48,480 nt of DNA from Candidatus Omnitrophota bacterium (lineage in GTDB: Bacteria; Omnitrophota; Gorgyraeia; Zapsychrales; Fredricksoniimonadaceae). The DNA lies in the NCBI GenBank assembly GCA_013335325.1, contig JAAXVU010000001.1:1-48480 (forward strand). The letters are read 5' to 3'. Of the stretch, positions 19,280 to 28,952 are shown one piece after another. How positions within the stretch are numbered: the first letter of the stretch is position 1; the number at the start of each line of letters is the position of its first letter. Position numbers and translations under genes: made by a program. The notes beneath the pieces were generated by a model, which was given only the letters and a program-made list of their open reading frames with translations, made no database searches and was not told where the DNA came from.

Positions 19280-20374
19280 TTACTTTCCGGGCTTGCACCC
19301 GGCGATCGCTTCGACCTCATCGGCCAAACACAGCGCCGCATCGGTCCTGAACTCGCCTTTCAAAGTCTCCTGGAAATCACGACGGGAAGATTTGTTTTCG
19401 CTTACCTTCAAAATCTTAGCTCCAAGAATATCCGAACTCAAGGACTTTTCCTCAATTATTGCAGCGCTGCCCGCGCACTCCAGTATCCGGGCATTTGCCA
19501 ACTGGTGGTTCTTAGCCCCCAAGTAAGGAATGATCACCGCCGGCACTCCCAGCATGCCCAATTCCGTCACCGTGCCCGCCCCGGCTCGGGTCACCGCCAG
19601 GTCGCAGGCGGCGTAAGCCTCGTCGATGTTCTCGATAAAAGGACGCACATAACGGGCATTGGGCAAATTGCTGTATCCAGCCAGCACCTCTACCAGGGCA
19701 AGCTCGCCAGTCGCATGGATAACCTGCCAGTCCCGCGCCCATTCGTAATTGTGAAGCACTTCCAGTATGCATCCATTTATGCGCCGCGCCCCCTGGCTGC
19801 CGCCGAAGACCAGAATGATCTTCTTCTCAGGGTCCAATCCGAACTTTCGGGCCGCCGTCGCACGGTCGATCGCGTTGCCAGCCACGCGAAACGGTGTGCC
19901 TGTCCAAACCGCCTTTCCCTCGGGAAAATAACGCAGACTGCCTTTAAAACCAACGCATATTCGCTGCACCATGCTGGTCAGCATCCGGTTAGCCTCACCG
20001 GGCACCACATTTTGCTCATGGAACATGGCCCGACGGGCCATCAGGCGTGCCGCTAAGACGGCCGGAAAGGAACTGTAACCACCGAACCCCACCACCACAT
20101 CGGGCCGGTAAGAGAGAACTTCCCGTACACAAGCCAGCACCGCTACAAACATATCCAGCACGGACAAGAATTTCTGCGTAAGGCTCTTGGCGACAAAACC
20201 ACGCGCCCGGATGGCGGTCAATCGAAATCCCCGTTGCTGCAGCGTAGCGGCGGCTGAACCCAGCACGCCGATAAAGGCGACCTCATGTCCGCGCCTGCGC
20301 AGCTCCTCTGCTGCCGCCAACGCCGGGTAAATATGCCCTCCGGTACCGCCTGTAGCGATCAAGATCTTAACCAT
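19280..20374 (-). CDS. murG: UDP-N-acetylglucosamine--N-acetylmuramyl-(pentapeptide) pyrophosphoryl-undecaprenol GlcNAc transferase
   Basis: The 364-aa ORF begins ILIATGGTGGHIYPALA, contains GGSQGA and is in the dcw position. Confidence 0.95.
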   Translation of the reverse strand: MVKILIATGGTGGHIYPALAAAEELRRRGHEVAFIGVLGSAAATLQQRGFRLTAIRARGFVAKSLTQKFLSVLDMFVAVLACVREVLSYRPDVVVGFGGYSSFPAVLAARLMARRAMFHEQNVVPGEANRMLTSMVQRICVGFKGSLRYFPEGKAVWTGTPFRVAGNAIDRATAARKFGLDPEKKIILVFGGSQGARRINGCILEVLHNYEWARDWQVIHATGELALVEVLAGYSNLPNARYVRPFIENIDEAYAACDLAVTRAGAGTVTELGMLGVPAVIIPYLGAKNHQLANARILECAGSAAIIEEKSLSSDILGAKILKVSENKSSRRDFQETLKGEFRTDAALCLADEVEAIAGCKPGK

Positions 20375-20383
20375 AACAATAAC

Positions 20384-21478
20384 CTAACCGCCTATGTCCT
20401 GAGTACGCGAAACGTTCAGCACCAAGCCGATAGCAGCCATGTTAAATATCAGTGCAGAGCCGCCATAGCTAATAAACGGCAGCGGCAGCCCCTTGGTCGG
20501 CAAAGCTCCGATACTGACCCCAAAATTCACCACCACCTGTATGCTGATCATGACCAAAACACCCAGCACCAGAAAATATCCAAAAGAGTCGGTCGTCTGC
20601 TTCATGATCCGGGTTCCCTGCCAGATCAGAGCAGCGAACAATAGTACGACTGCCATGGCCCCCAAGAATCCCAGCTCCTCACCGATGATGGAAAAAATAA
20701 AGTCAGTATGCGCCGCCGGAAGATAGAACAATTTCTGCGCGCTCTTACCCAGACCAACACCCCAGACCCCACCCGACCCCAACGCTATCTGCGACTGAGT
20801 AAGCTGGAACCCAGCACCCTGCGGGTCGTTCCAGGGGTTTAGAAAGGTCACAACCCGCCGCAGACGGTAGGAGGCGGTCATTACCAAAAAGACCAAAACC
20901 GGTATCGCCAGGATGAAGATGGCGCCAATATGAATCTTGCGCCCTCCCGCGACCCAGAGCATGGAGATCGTGATAATAAAAACCAGTACCGTATTTCCCA
21001 GGTCGGGCTGCTTTATGATCAGCAAACACAAAAGGCACATCACCATCATCACCGGCACAAACCCCCGGCCGAACGATCTGAGCACGGCTTGTTTGCGTGT
21101 CAGGAAATCCGCCAGATAGACGATCAATGCCGGCTTGACGAACTCCGACGGCTGAAAGTTTATCGGCCCCAGGTTGAACCAGCGCCGGGCGCCGGAAGAG
21201 ATCTTGCCAATCCCGGGAATCAGCACAAAGATCAGCATAACGATCGCCAAACCCAGCAGCGGCTTGCCCCATTTCTGCAGGATGCGGTAATCGATAGTCA
21301 TTATCCAGAACATCAGCGCGGATCCGATAGCCACGAACATGAGATGCCGCATCAGGAAATAAGTGCTGTTATGCATAACCTCCTGGGCGTAGATTCCGCT
21401 CGAGCTGTAGATCATCACCACCCCCAATGCCAGGAGGATAATGAAAGTCATAAAAAAAGATATCCGTATATCACGCAT
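20384..21478 (-). CDS. ftsW: SEDS-family peptidoglycan polymerase FtsW
   Basis: The 364-aa polytopic protein has QPSEFVKP, HTDFIFS and LPFISYGGS motifs. It lies between murD and murG. Confidence 0.9.
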   Translation of the reverse strand: MRDIRISFFMTFIILLALGVVMIYSSSGIYAQEVMHNSTYFLMRHLMFVAIGSALMFWIMTIDYRILQKWGKPLLGLAIVMLIFVLIPGIGKISSGARRWFNLGPINFQPSEFVKPALIVYLADFLTRKQAVLRSFGRGFVPVMMVMCLLCLLIIKQPDLGNTVLVFIITISMLWVAGGRKIHIGAIFILAIPVLVFLVMTASYRLRRVVTFLNPWNDPQGAGFQLTQSQIALGSGGVWGVGLGKSAQKLFYLPAAHTDFIFSIIGEELGFLGAMAVVLLFAALIWQGTRIMKQTTDSFGYFLVLGVLVMISIQVVVNFGVSIGALPTKGLPLPFISYGGSALIFNMAAIGLVLNVSRTQDIGG

Positions 21479-21491
21479 ATTTATCCCCGGT

Positions 21492-22748
21492 CTAGAGCCG
21501 GTTTACTATTTCCTTGAACACTCTGCCGCGCTCTTCAAAGTTGGTGAACATGTCAAAACTGGCGAACATGGGGCTTAGGAGAACCTTTTCCCCATGCCGG
21601 GCCTGTGCGCAGGCCGAACGGACCGCCGCCTCCATGTCGCTCTGATCTTCCAAAGGCACCACTCCCTCAAACGCTTGGTGCAAGCTTTGCCGCGCGACTT
21701 CTTCACGGGTGAGCACGATCATCTTGCGGACGGTCTTACCTACCAGCTCGCGCAGGACGGAATAATCCATACCCTTGTCGTGCCCGCCGCACAGCAGAAT
21801 GATCGGTCCAGGCACATTGGACAGGGCCCAGCGTCCGGACTCCACCGTAGTCGACTTTGAATCGTTGATATATTCGACGCCATTTAGCAAGCGCACCTTC
21901 TCCAGACGATGCTCGACACCGGGAAAGGTTTCAAATACCCTGAGCGTAACTTCGTCAGGTACACCAACGATGCGAGCCACCTCCAGCACTGCCAAGTGGT
22001 CCGGGTTGCGCGTTTCTCCTTCGCGGTTAAAAAGGCGTACCTGGGAGCGGACTTCTCCGGCCAGTCGGCACACCATCTCGTCGCGGGCGTTCAGCACCAC
22101 GAAATCCTCCGGTGTCTGATTCATGCAGATGCGCTTCTTCGCATCAAAATATTCCTGCATATCCGCATGACGGTCCAGATGGTTCTGGCTGAAATTAAGC
22201 AATACTGCGACACGTGGACGGAAAGTTTCGACCAACTCCAGCTGGAAAGAACTTATCTCCACCACAAAGTAGTCCGGAGTGTCTTGCGACAAGACGAAAC
22301 GGGAAAACGGAGTACCGACATTACCGCACAGACAAACCTTCCGACCGCCAGCCTCCAGCACCCGGGCTATGAGCGTTACCGTGGTAGTCTTGCCGTTTGA
22401 ACCGGTCACGGCGATAACCGGCTTTTTGCAATAGCGCCACGCCAGTTCGATCTCGCTCCAGACCGGGATGCCGGCCTCCTGCGCCCACCGGACCGGCTCG
22501 GCGTCCCGCTTTACACCGGGACTGGCCACCACCAGGTCGCTGTCCGTCACAAAACCCCGCGTATGCCCGCCGCTCTCGATGTCAATTAAACTGCGGTCCC
22601 CGACCTCGGCCAGCGCCTGCTCGATAGCAGCCAGCGGCTTGGCGTCAGTGATCTTCGGTCGTCCGCCGAGTTGCTGCACCAGGGTAGCCGCCGCGATGCC
22701 GCTTCGCGCGGCGCCAATAATAGTTACTTTCTTGTTCTTCAACTCCAT
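21492..22748 (-). CDS. murD: UDP-N-acetylmuramoylalanine--D-glutamate ligase
   Basis: The 418-aa ORF has GAARSGIAA and GSNGKTTT P-loops, the Mur ligase fold and dcw context. Confidence 0.95.
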   Translation of the reverse strand: MELKNKKVTIIGAARSGIAAATLVQQLGGRPKITDAKPLAAIEQALAEVGDRSLIDIESGGHTRGFVTDSDLVVASPGVKRDAEPVRWAQEAGIPVWSEIELAWRYCKKPVIAVTGSNGKTTTVTLIARVLEAGGRKVCLCGNVGTPFSRFVLSQDTPDYFVVEISSFQLELVETFRPRVAVLLNFSQNHLDRHADMQEYFDAKKRICMNQTPEDFVVLNARDEMVCRLAGEVRSQVRLFNREGETRNPDHLAVLEVARIVGVPDEVTLRVFETFPGVEHRLEKVRLLNGVEYINDSKSTTVESGRWALSNVPGPIILLCGGHDKGMDYSVLRELVGKTVRKMIVLTREEVARQSLHQAFEGVVPLEDQSDMEAAVRSACAQARHGEKVLLSPMFASFDMFTNFEERGRVFKEIVNRL

Positions 22749-22770
22749 ATACCGACCTGCTCCGCTGTAA

Positions 22771-23856
22771 CTAACGCATCTTTAGCGTCGTCAAGGTGAA
22801 CAACGCCAGAATTATTCCCACTATCCAGAACCTTATAATTATCTTGGATTCCTTCCAGCCCAGTTTCTGCAAATGATGATGATAGGGCGCTATCAAAAAG
22901 ATGCGCCGCCCTGTCAGCTTGAAAGACGCGACCTGCAGTATGACCGACAACGCTTCCCAGACAAACACTCCGCCGAGTATCCCCAGAAGCAATTCCTTCT
23001 TGATGAACACAGCGATGACTCCCAGCGTACCGCCCAGCGCCAACGCCCCTACGTCACCCATAAAGACCGTAGCCGGATGAGCGTTAAACCAAAGGAACCC
23101 CAGGCTGGCCCCCACCATGGCCGCACAAAATATCGTGAGCTCTCCCGTCCCGGGTATAAAAGGTATCAACAAGTACTGACTGAAGTTGGCATGCCCGGTA
23201 ATGTAACAGAGAATCCCCAAAGTCAATGCCACCAGGAGCGTACAACCGATGGCCAAGCCATCCATCCCGTCGGTCAGGTTCACTGCATTGGATGTACCTA
23301 CCACGACCAGCATGACGAAAAACATGTAAAACACACCCAGATCAATAGCGGCCTTCTTGAAGAAAGGCAGATCCAGCTGCGTGGATACATTCATTTGAAA
23401 ATAAAGGTAAAAGCCAACAATGGCTGCCAGCAGCACCTGCCAAAGCAACTTGGAACGCGGGCTCATGCCTTTTGGATTGATGCCGGCGATCTTTACATAG
23501 TCGTCTATGAAACCAACTACTGCCAGCCAAAGCATGGTCAAGGCCGTCAGCAGTATGTAGGGATTGGATAGGTCGGCCCAGAGCGCCACTGCGGACAGGA
23601 TGCTACCTACGATCAGGATACCTCCCATAGTTGGCGTACCCGACTTGGTCTGGTGGAACTCCTTTAACTGAGGAACATCCGGCCGCTCGGCCTTCTCCCC
23701 GAAACTCTTTCTCTTAAGCAGCCGGATGAACCACGGCCCGACCACGACGCAAAGCAGAAAGGTCGTAACCGCCGCCATACCGGCGCGGAAAGTAATGTAG
23801 CGAAAAATATTGAACGGGAAGAATTCGAACCGGAATTGCGACAAATAAAAAAACAT
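22771..23856 (-). CDS. mraY: Phospho-N-acetylmuramoyl-pentapeptide transferase
   Basis: The 361-aa ORF has KSGTPTMGG, NAVNLTDGMDGLA and HHH...G motifs across 10 TM helices. Confidence 0.95.
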   Translation of the reverse strand: MFFYLSQFRFEFFPFNIFRYITFRAGMAAVTTFLLCVVVGPWFIRLLKRKSFGEKAERPDVPQLKEFHQTKSGTPTMGGILIVGSILSAVALWADLSNPYILLTALTMLWLAVVGFIDDYVKIAGINPKGMSPRSKLLWQVLLAAIVGFYLYFQMNVSTQLDLPFFKKAAIDLGVFYMFFVMLVVVGTSNAVNLTDGMDGLAIGCTLLVALTLGILCYITGHANFSQYLLIPFIPGTGELTIFCAAMVGASLGFLWFNAHPATVFMGDVGALALGGTLGVIAVFIKKELLLGILGGVFVWEALSVILQVASFKLTGRRIFLIAPYHHHLQKLGWKESKIIIRFWIVGIILALFTLTTLKMR

Positions 23857-23860
23857 CTCA

Positions 23861-25246
23861 CTATCCTTTCAAATACTCTGTCAGACCCTGTACTACTTTC
23901 TCCATGCGCATACCGCGCGACCCCTTGACCAAGACCACGTCCCCCGGACGGAGGATGCCCTTGAGCTCCTCCAGTGCTGCCGCCTGGTCCGCCGGCTGGC
24001 GGACATCTGTTTCTGGACGCTGCGCCCGGGCTTCTAGTGCTATAAAATGTGCCAATCTCCCACAAGTCAATAAAACGTCCACGCCCTGCGCTGCGGCAAA
24101 GGCGCCTACGTCACGGTGCAGACGTTCCGCCGAATCACCCAGCTCCAGCATATCGGCGCAGACCACGACCGAACGTCCCTTGCCGCGCATATTCCCCAAA
24201 GTCTGCAAGGCGTTCCGGAAAGACAAAGGGTTGGCGTTGTAGGTGTCGTCGATTAGCGTCAGTCCTACCAGACGATGCACTACCTGTCTCCCTGGAGGCG
24301 TCCGGAAAGCCAGCAGCCCCCGGCGAACATCTTCTGTAGGTACGCCTAGCAAACGTCCACAGGCGATCGCGGCCAAAGCGTTGTAGACATTGCTTCTAGA
24401 AGGCGTCTTTATCTCGAAACGAGTCCCGTCCGCCACAAAAGAAATGCGACGGGCATCAGCCTCAACTTTACCGGCCTGCAAGTCTGCCGGCTTCTCCACG
24501 CCGTAACTGACCACCTTGTGCTCGGCTGGATCTCGTAAAAGTCCCGCCAGGAGCGCATCGTCCGTGTTCACAATTAGCGTTCCGCCGGCGGCGACATGTT
24601 TGGCCAGGGCGGCCTTCTCATGGAAGACCCCTTCCGGAGTACCCAGCCCAGCCAGATGCGAAGGTCCAACGTTGGTAAAGACCGCCACCGTAGGCTCGAC
24701 GATACTGGCCAGCCAGTCGATCTCTCCTGGATGATTGGTGCCAGTCTCGATCACCGCCGCAGTATGTCCGGCCCGCAACCTCAAGAGCGTCGCCGGCACT
24801 CCAATATGGTTATTGTCCGTGCCCTTGTTATATAGCACCCGGTATTTTCTCCGCAAAACAGAGGCAACCAATTCCTTGGTTGTGGTCTTGCCAGCGCTAC
24901 CAGTGACAGCAATGACCGGAATAGAAAACCGCCGACGGTGATAGCGCGCAATAAGGCCATAAGCCCTAACCGTGTCATCAACCCGGACCGCCGCAACATT
25001 GTTGGGCAAAGCGACATCCTTCCGGTCTACCAGCAGCGCGGTCGCGCCGGATTTCGCCGCCCCTGCCAGGAAGTCGTGACCGTCGAAATTGCCACCCCGC
25101 ACCGCCACAAAAAGTTCTCCCCGGCCGATACTGCGAGTATCGGTAGATACGCCCCGGACCCGACTGCTCGAGGAGCCCTGCACCAGGACTCCGCCAGTTG
25201 CCTCCACGATCTCTGCCAGAGTAAAGCCTTTGAGGCGTACCATCAC
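23861..25246 (-). CDS. murF: UDP-N-acetylmuramoyl-tripeptide--D-alanyl-D-alanine ligase
   Basis: The 461-aa ORF has TGSAGKTTTKE and DTYNANP. Its start overlaps the murE stop by 4 nt. Confidence 0.9.
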   Translation of the reverse strand: MMVRLKGFTLAEIVEATGGVLVQGSSSSRVRGVSTDTRSIGRGELFVAVRGGNFDGHDFLAGAAKSGATALLVDRKDVALPNNVAAVRVDDTVRAYGLIARYHRRRFSIPVIAVTGSAGKTTTKELVASVLRRKYRVLYNKGTDNNHIGVPATLLRLRAGHTAAVIETGTNHPGEIDWLASIVEPTVAVFTNVGPSHLAGLGTPEGVFHEKAALAKHVAAGGTLIVNTDDALLAGLLRDPAEHKVVSYGVEKPADLQAGKVEADARRISFVADGTRFEIKTPSRSNVYNALAAIACGRLLGVPTEDVRRGLLAFRTPPGRQVVHRLVGLTLIDDTYNANPLSFRNALQTLGNMRGKGRSVVVCADMLELGDSAERLHRDVGAFAAAQGVDVLLTCGRLAHFIALEARAQRPETDVRQPADQAAALEELKGILRPGDVVLVKGSRGMRMEKVVQGLTEYLKG

Positions 25247-26721
25247 GCGGCCACACCTTTCTCCGCCAAAATTCCAGCCACAATATCTCTTTCCCTGAAC
25301 TCGACGGTGCGGTCCTTAAATATCTGCTCCGTCTCATGCCCCTTGCCGGCCAGAAGCACAATATCTCCAGAAGCCGCCAGCGCCAGCGCCCTCCGTATGG
25401 CCTCTTTCCGGTCTACCACAACTTCATAATCATTACCGGAGAAACCGGCCACAATTTCCCGGATAATGGCCTCAGGATCCTCGCTACGAGGATTGTCAGA
25501 CGTCAATATGGAATAGTCCGCCAGTTCACCTGCCGCCCTGCCCATACGCGGACGCTTGGTGCGATCGCGGTCCCCGCCGCAGCCGAATACCACGATAATC
25601 CGACGGTGAGGTACCTGCTTCAGGCACTGCAGAACGTTTTTCAGCCCATCGTCAGTATGAGCGTAATCGATAAAGACGCAATAATCGCGTCCGGTCTCCA
25701 CCCGTTCCAGACGCCCCGGCACATGCTCTAACGACTCAATGCCCCGCTTGACCGTCTCCGGGTCCAAGCCTTCCGCAATCCCGGCGGCAAACGCCGCCAA
25801 CATGTTATAGATATTGTGATACCCGATGAAATGCGTGCGCAGCTCAACCGTCTTGCCGGCGAACCGCACCTTGAACCGCGTGCCTCCGATTTCGACCTTT
25901 TTTATATCAGCCTGAAGATCCGCCGGAGACCGCAAACCGTAAGAAAACACCCGTGCCCGGGTCATGCTTAACAACCTGCGGCCGTACTCATCGTCGGTAT
26001 TAATTACGGCATACGCGTCGGGACCCAGTCCTCTAAAGAGCCGGCTCTTGGCCTCGAAATAACCTTCCATGGTCTTGTGGTAATCCAAATGATCGCCGGT
26101 AAGGTTCGTGAAGATACCGCCGCGAAAGTCAATATTGTCCACTCGACCCTGGTCCAGCGCGTGCGACGAGACCTCCATCACCGCATATCCAATGCCCTTC
26201 GCGGCCAGCCCGGCCAGGAACTTCTGGTTATCCAGCAGCCCAGGCGTGGTATTACGTGAAGGAATAACTTCCCCGCCGATGCGGCAGTTGACCGTGCCCA
26301 CCACCCCTGAACGCTTTCCGGCAGCAGCAATGACCGATTCCAGAAAATAGCTTATCGTCGTCTTGCCGTTGGTGCCCGTTATGCCAATGACCCTTACCCG
26401 AGAAGAAGGATGGCCATAGAAACGGTCCACCATGACGCGAAAAGCTGCCGACGGATCCTCCACTCCCAGGAAAGCAACTCCAGGATAACGGCCAGCAAAA
26501 CGCGCTTCGGAAGCCCTGTCCAGCAGTACCACCTTGGCCCCGGCGGCCATAGCCGCCTCGATAAAATCGTCTCCGGTGCGAAGCGCGCCACGCATGGCCA
26601 CAAACAGGCTACCGTGCGTCACTCTACGGGAATCGTCCCAGACTGCCGGCACCGCCAGCCCCCGCAAGGTCTCCGGCAATACGCCGCGATATACTCCGCT
26701 CACCAGCTCACCCAGCGTCAT
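25243..26721 (-). CDS. murE: UDP-N-acetylmuramoyl-L-alanyl-D-glutamate--2,6-diaminopimelate ligase
   Basis: The 492-aa ORF has GITGTNGKTT and the DNPR motif (LTSDNPRSEDP) characteristic of meso-DAP-adding MurE. Confidence 0.95.
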   Translation of the reverse strand: MTLGELVSGVYRGVLPETLRGLAVPAVWDDSRRVTHGSLFVAMRGALRTGDDFIEAAMAAGAKVVLLDRASEARFAGRYPGVAFLGVEDPSAAFRVMVDRFYGHPSSRVRVIGITGTNGKTTISYFLESVIAAAGKRSGVVGTVNCRIGGEVIPSRNTTPGLLDNQKFLAGLAAKGIGYAVMEVSSHALDQGRVDNIDFRGGIFTNLTGDHLDYHKTMEGYFEAKSRLFRGLGPDAYAVINTDDEYGRRLLSMTRARVFSYGLRSPADLQADIKKVEIGGTRFKVRFAGKTVELRTHFIGYHNIYNMLAAFAAGIAEGLDPETVKRGIESLEHVPGRLERVETGRDYCVFIDYAHTDDGLKNVLQCLKQVPHRRIIVVFGCGGDRDRTKRPRMGRAAGELADYSILTSDNPRSEDPEAIIREIVAGFSGNDYEVVVDRKEAIRRALALAASGDIVLLAGKGHETEQIFKDRTVEFRERDIVAGILAEKGVAA

Positions 26722-28406
26722 GTACCCGCACCTTTCCTGCCGGCGAAATACTTTAGGGCACTCTCCACAACCTCCTTGAAAACTGGACCGGCCACAGTAC
26801 CGCCGTAATATGCCGGATGCGGCTCATCGAACGTTACCACTATGGCCAACTTCGGATCTTCCACCGGCGCGAAACCGATAAATGACGAAACAAACTTATT
26901 ATGCGAATAAACCCCGCCCACGACTTTCTGGGCCGTCCCGGTCTTACCTGCCGCCGATATGTCGGTCATCTTGGCGGCCTGGCCAGTCCCGTTCTCTACA
27001 ACGCCCCGCAATATCTCCTTAAGACGCCGGTCGGTCTCCTTACTGATGACACGCGACACAACTTGCGGATGGGACTCCTCCACCACGCCTCCGTTGGCGT
27101 CCCGTATAGATTTAATGTAATAAGGCTTCATGAAGACACCGTCGTTTGCAACAGCTGCGATCATCGTTACAAGCTGCATGGCCGTGACTGTCACCTCCTG
27201 CCCGATGGGCACAGCACCAATAGACGTCTTGGACCACCGCCCGACGGGCTTTAGAATACCATCCACCTCGCCGATCATGCCCACACCCGTCTTTAGTCCC
27301 ACACGGTACCTGCGGGCATACTCGTAAATCTTGGCCGGCCCAAGCTTCTGGGCGACCTTGGTGGTACCGATATTGCTCGACTGCTCGATCACCTGGCGAA
27401 ACGTCAAGTTGCCCTTGGGGTGCGCGTCACCCAAAATATGATTGGCTACACGATATTTGCCGTTCTCGCAAAAGATGATGTCATCTTCCTTTACAACGTT
27501 CTCCTCCAAGGCAGCAGAGGCGGTAACTATCTTGAATACCGACCCCGGCTCAAAGAAGAATGCGACCGCACGGTTGGTACGGCTCTCCACGCTGGTGGCG
27601 TCCGGCTGCCCTGGGTTAAAAGTCGGACGGTTGGCGAATGCCAGTATCTCGCCGGTCTTGGGATCCATCACGATAATGCTGGCCGCCCGAGCGTTATGCT
27701 TGCGAAAAGATTTTTCCAGGGCGTTCTCGGCAATGAACTGAATAGTCTCGTCGATGGTCAAAACCACGTCATGACCGTCCTTGGGCGGCACAAAGTCCTT
27801 CTCTATCATAAGGTCTCTCTGCCGGGCATCCCGCAAGAACTGCGCCATCCCCTTCTGTCCGCGCAGAAGATGGTCGTACTCGTATTCCACTCCCTGAAGT
27901 CCGATATTGTCGATATTGGCAAAACCTATCACATGCGCAGCCAGCACTCCATTCGGATAGAAACGCTTGCTCTCCTTGACAAAGCCAATACCAGGAATCT
28001 TTTTATCCTTCAGCTTGTCGTAGAACTCCGTCGGAATCTTGCGTGCCAGCCAGACGAAGTTCTTATCCTTTGCCAACTTCTTGGCTATCGCAGCACTACC
28101 ACCCCCCATCGCCGCCGCCACCTGCGCCTGGGCTTTGGACTTTTGCTCGGCAGTCATGCTCTTGGGATCGGCATAAAGAGAATAAACCACCACGTTCAAA
28201 GCCATTGAACGCATATTACGGTCATAAATGGTTCCCCGCCGGGGCTCCAGTTCGACCATATGGTTATGCTGCTTCTGGGCCTTGTCCACCAGATATGCCG
28301 AACGAAAAATCTGTATTAGCGACAGCTTGACAGAAAAAGCAGCTAAACAGAGAAAAATGAATATAAAAATAAACCCGGCTCTGGAAGGATGCCTCTGGAA
28401 AAACAA
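26718..28406 (-). CDS. ftsI: Penicillin-binding protein 3-type transpeptidase (FtsI)
   Basis: The 562-aa ORF has an N-terminal TM helix, then SVFK (SxxK), SSN and KTGT motifs. The only usable start is the TTG at 28406, because an in-frame TAA lies 33 nt upstream with no ATG or GTG in between. Confidence 0.9.
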   Translation of the reverse strand: MFFQRHPSRAGFIFIFIFLCLAAFSVKLSLIQIFRSAYLVDKAQKQHNHMVELEPRRGTIYDRNMRSMALNVVVYSLYADPKSMTAEQKSKAQAQVAAAMGGGSAAIAKKLAKDKNFVWLARKIPTEFYDKLKDKKIPGIGFVKESKRFYPNGVLAAHVIGFANIDNIGLQGVEYEYDHLLRGQKGMAQFLRDARQRDLMIEKDFVPPKDGHDVVLTIDETIQFIAENALEKSFRKHNARAASIIVMDPKTGEILAFANRPTFNPGQPDATSVESRTNRAVAFFFEPGSVFKIVTASAALEENVVKEDDIIFCENGKYRVANHILGDAHPKGNLTFRQVIEQSSNIGTTKVAQKLGPAKIYEYARRYRVGLKTGVGMIGEVDGILKPVGRWSKTSIGAVPIGQEVTVTAMQLVTMIAAVANDGVFMKPYYIKSIRDANGGVVEESHPQVVSRVISKETDRRLKEILRGVVENGTGQAAKMTDISAAGKTGTAQKVVGGVYSHNKFVSSFIGFAPVEDPKLAIVVTFDEPHPAYYGGTVAGPVFKEVVESALKYFAGRKGAGT

Positions 28407-28574
28407 GGTAGTGACTTTGGTTATAAAAGTTAATATTTATATTTATTTTAGAAGAAGAAGGCGCGAAATGAAGTGAAAAACCAAAAAAATTTTGCTCTAC
28501 CGGGACCAAGCCTGAAACGCCCAACTAGTCTCAAACAGCTCAATCGTATCCGTCAATCTCAACAGACAACCATG

Positions 28575-28952
28575 CTAGCGGGACATACCGGGCTCACCCG
28601 CCGCAAAGGCCAGCGACATAACCTTCGAAACCAATCCTCCGGTTGTCTTGGCACCCGAAGCTATCATATCGGGCCAAGTCGGACGTTCAGCTGCCACTTC
28701 CACTATACGGTTACGGCCAACAAACTGGTACTGCTTGTTATCAGACAGCAACTCCCGTCCAATGTGGTCGGATGATTGTAACCGCAATATATCGTTACGG
28801 ACCCGTCCGTTCACCTCCGCCAACTGTTCGAGATGCTGCTGGCGAACCTTGCCACGGTAGGCAAAATCGTATATCTTCATCTGCATATGTATATAAAGTA
28901 CTGACATGACTGTCACGACGAACATTAACTTGAGAAAATGCGATATCTTCAC
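28575..28952 (-). CDS. ftsL: FtsL-like cell division protein
   Basis: The 125-aa ORF has a GTG start overlapping the rsmH stop (GTGA), an N-terminal TM helix and a coiled-coil segment (QQHLEQLAEVNGRVRNDILRLQS). It is in the canonical slot between rsmH and ftsI. The call rests on position and architecture. Confidence 0.6.
   Translation of the reverse strand: MKISHFLKLMFVVTVMSVLYIHMQMKIYDFAYRGKVRQQHLEQLAEVNGRVRNDILRLQSSDHIGRELLSDNKQYQFVGRNRIVEVAAERPTWPDMIASGAKTTGGLVSKVMSLAFAAGEPGMSR

Noticed and set aside
18400-19350. 316-aa plus-strand ORF
   Set aside because: It is antisense to the murC part of the murC-ddl fusion and is a shadow ORF.
27420-28208. 262-aa plus-strand ORF; likewise 32041-32871 (276 aa), 6191-6862 (223 aa) and 40511-41176 minus-strand off-frame (221 aa)
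   Set aside because: All lie inside or antisense to genes with strong family signatures (ftsI, truB/nrnA, RND, GT-C-like). None has SD or motif support.
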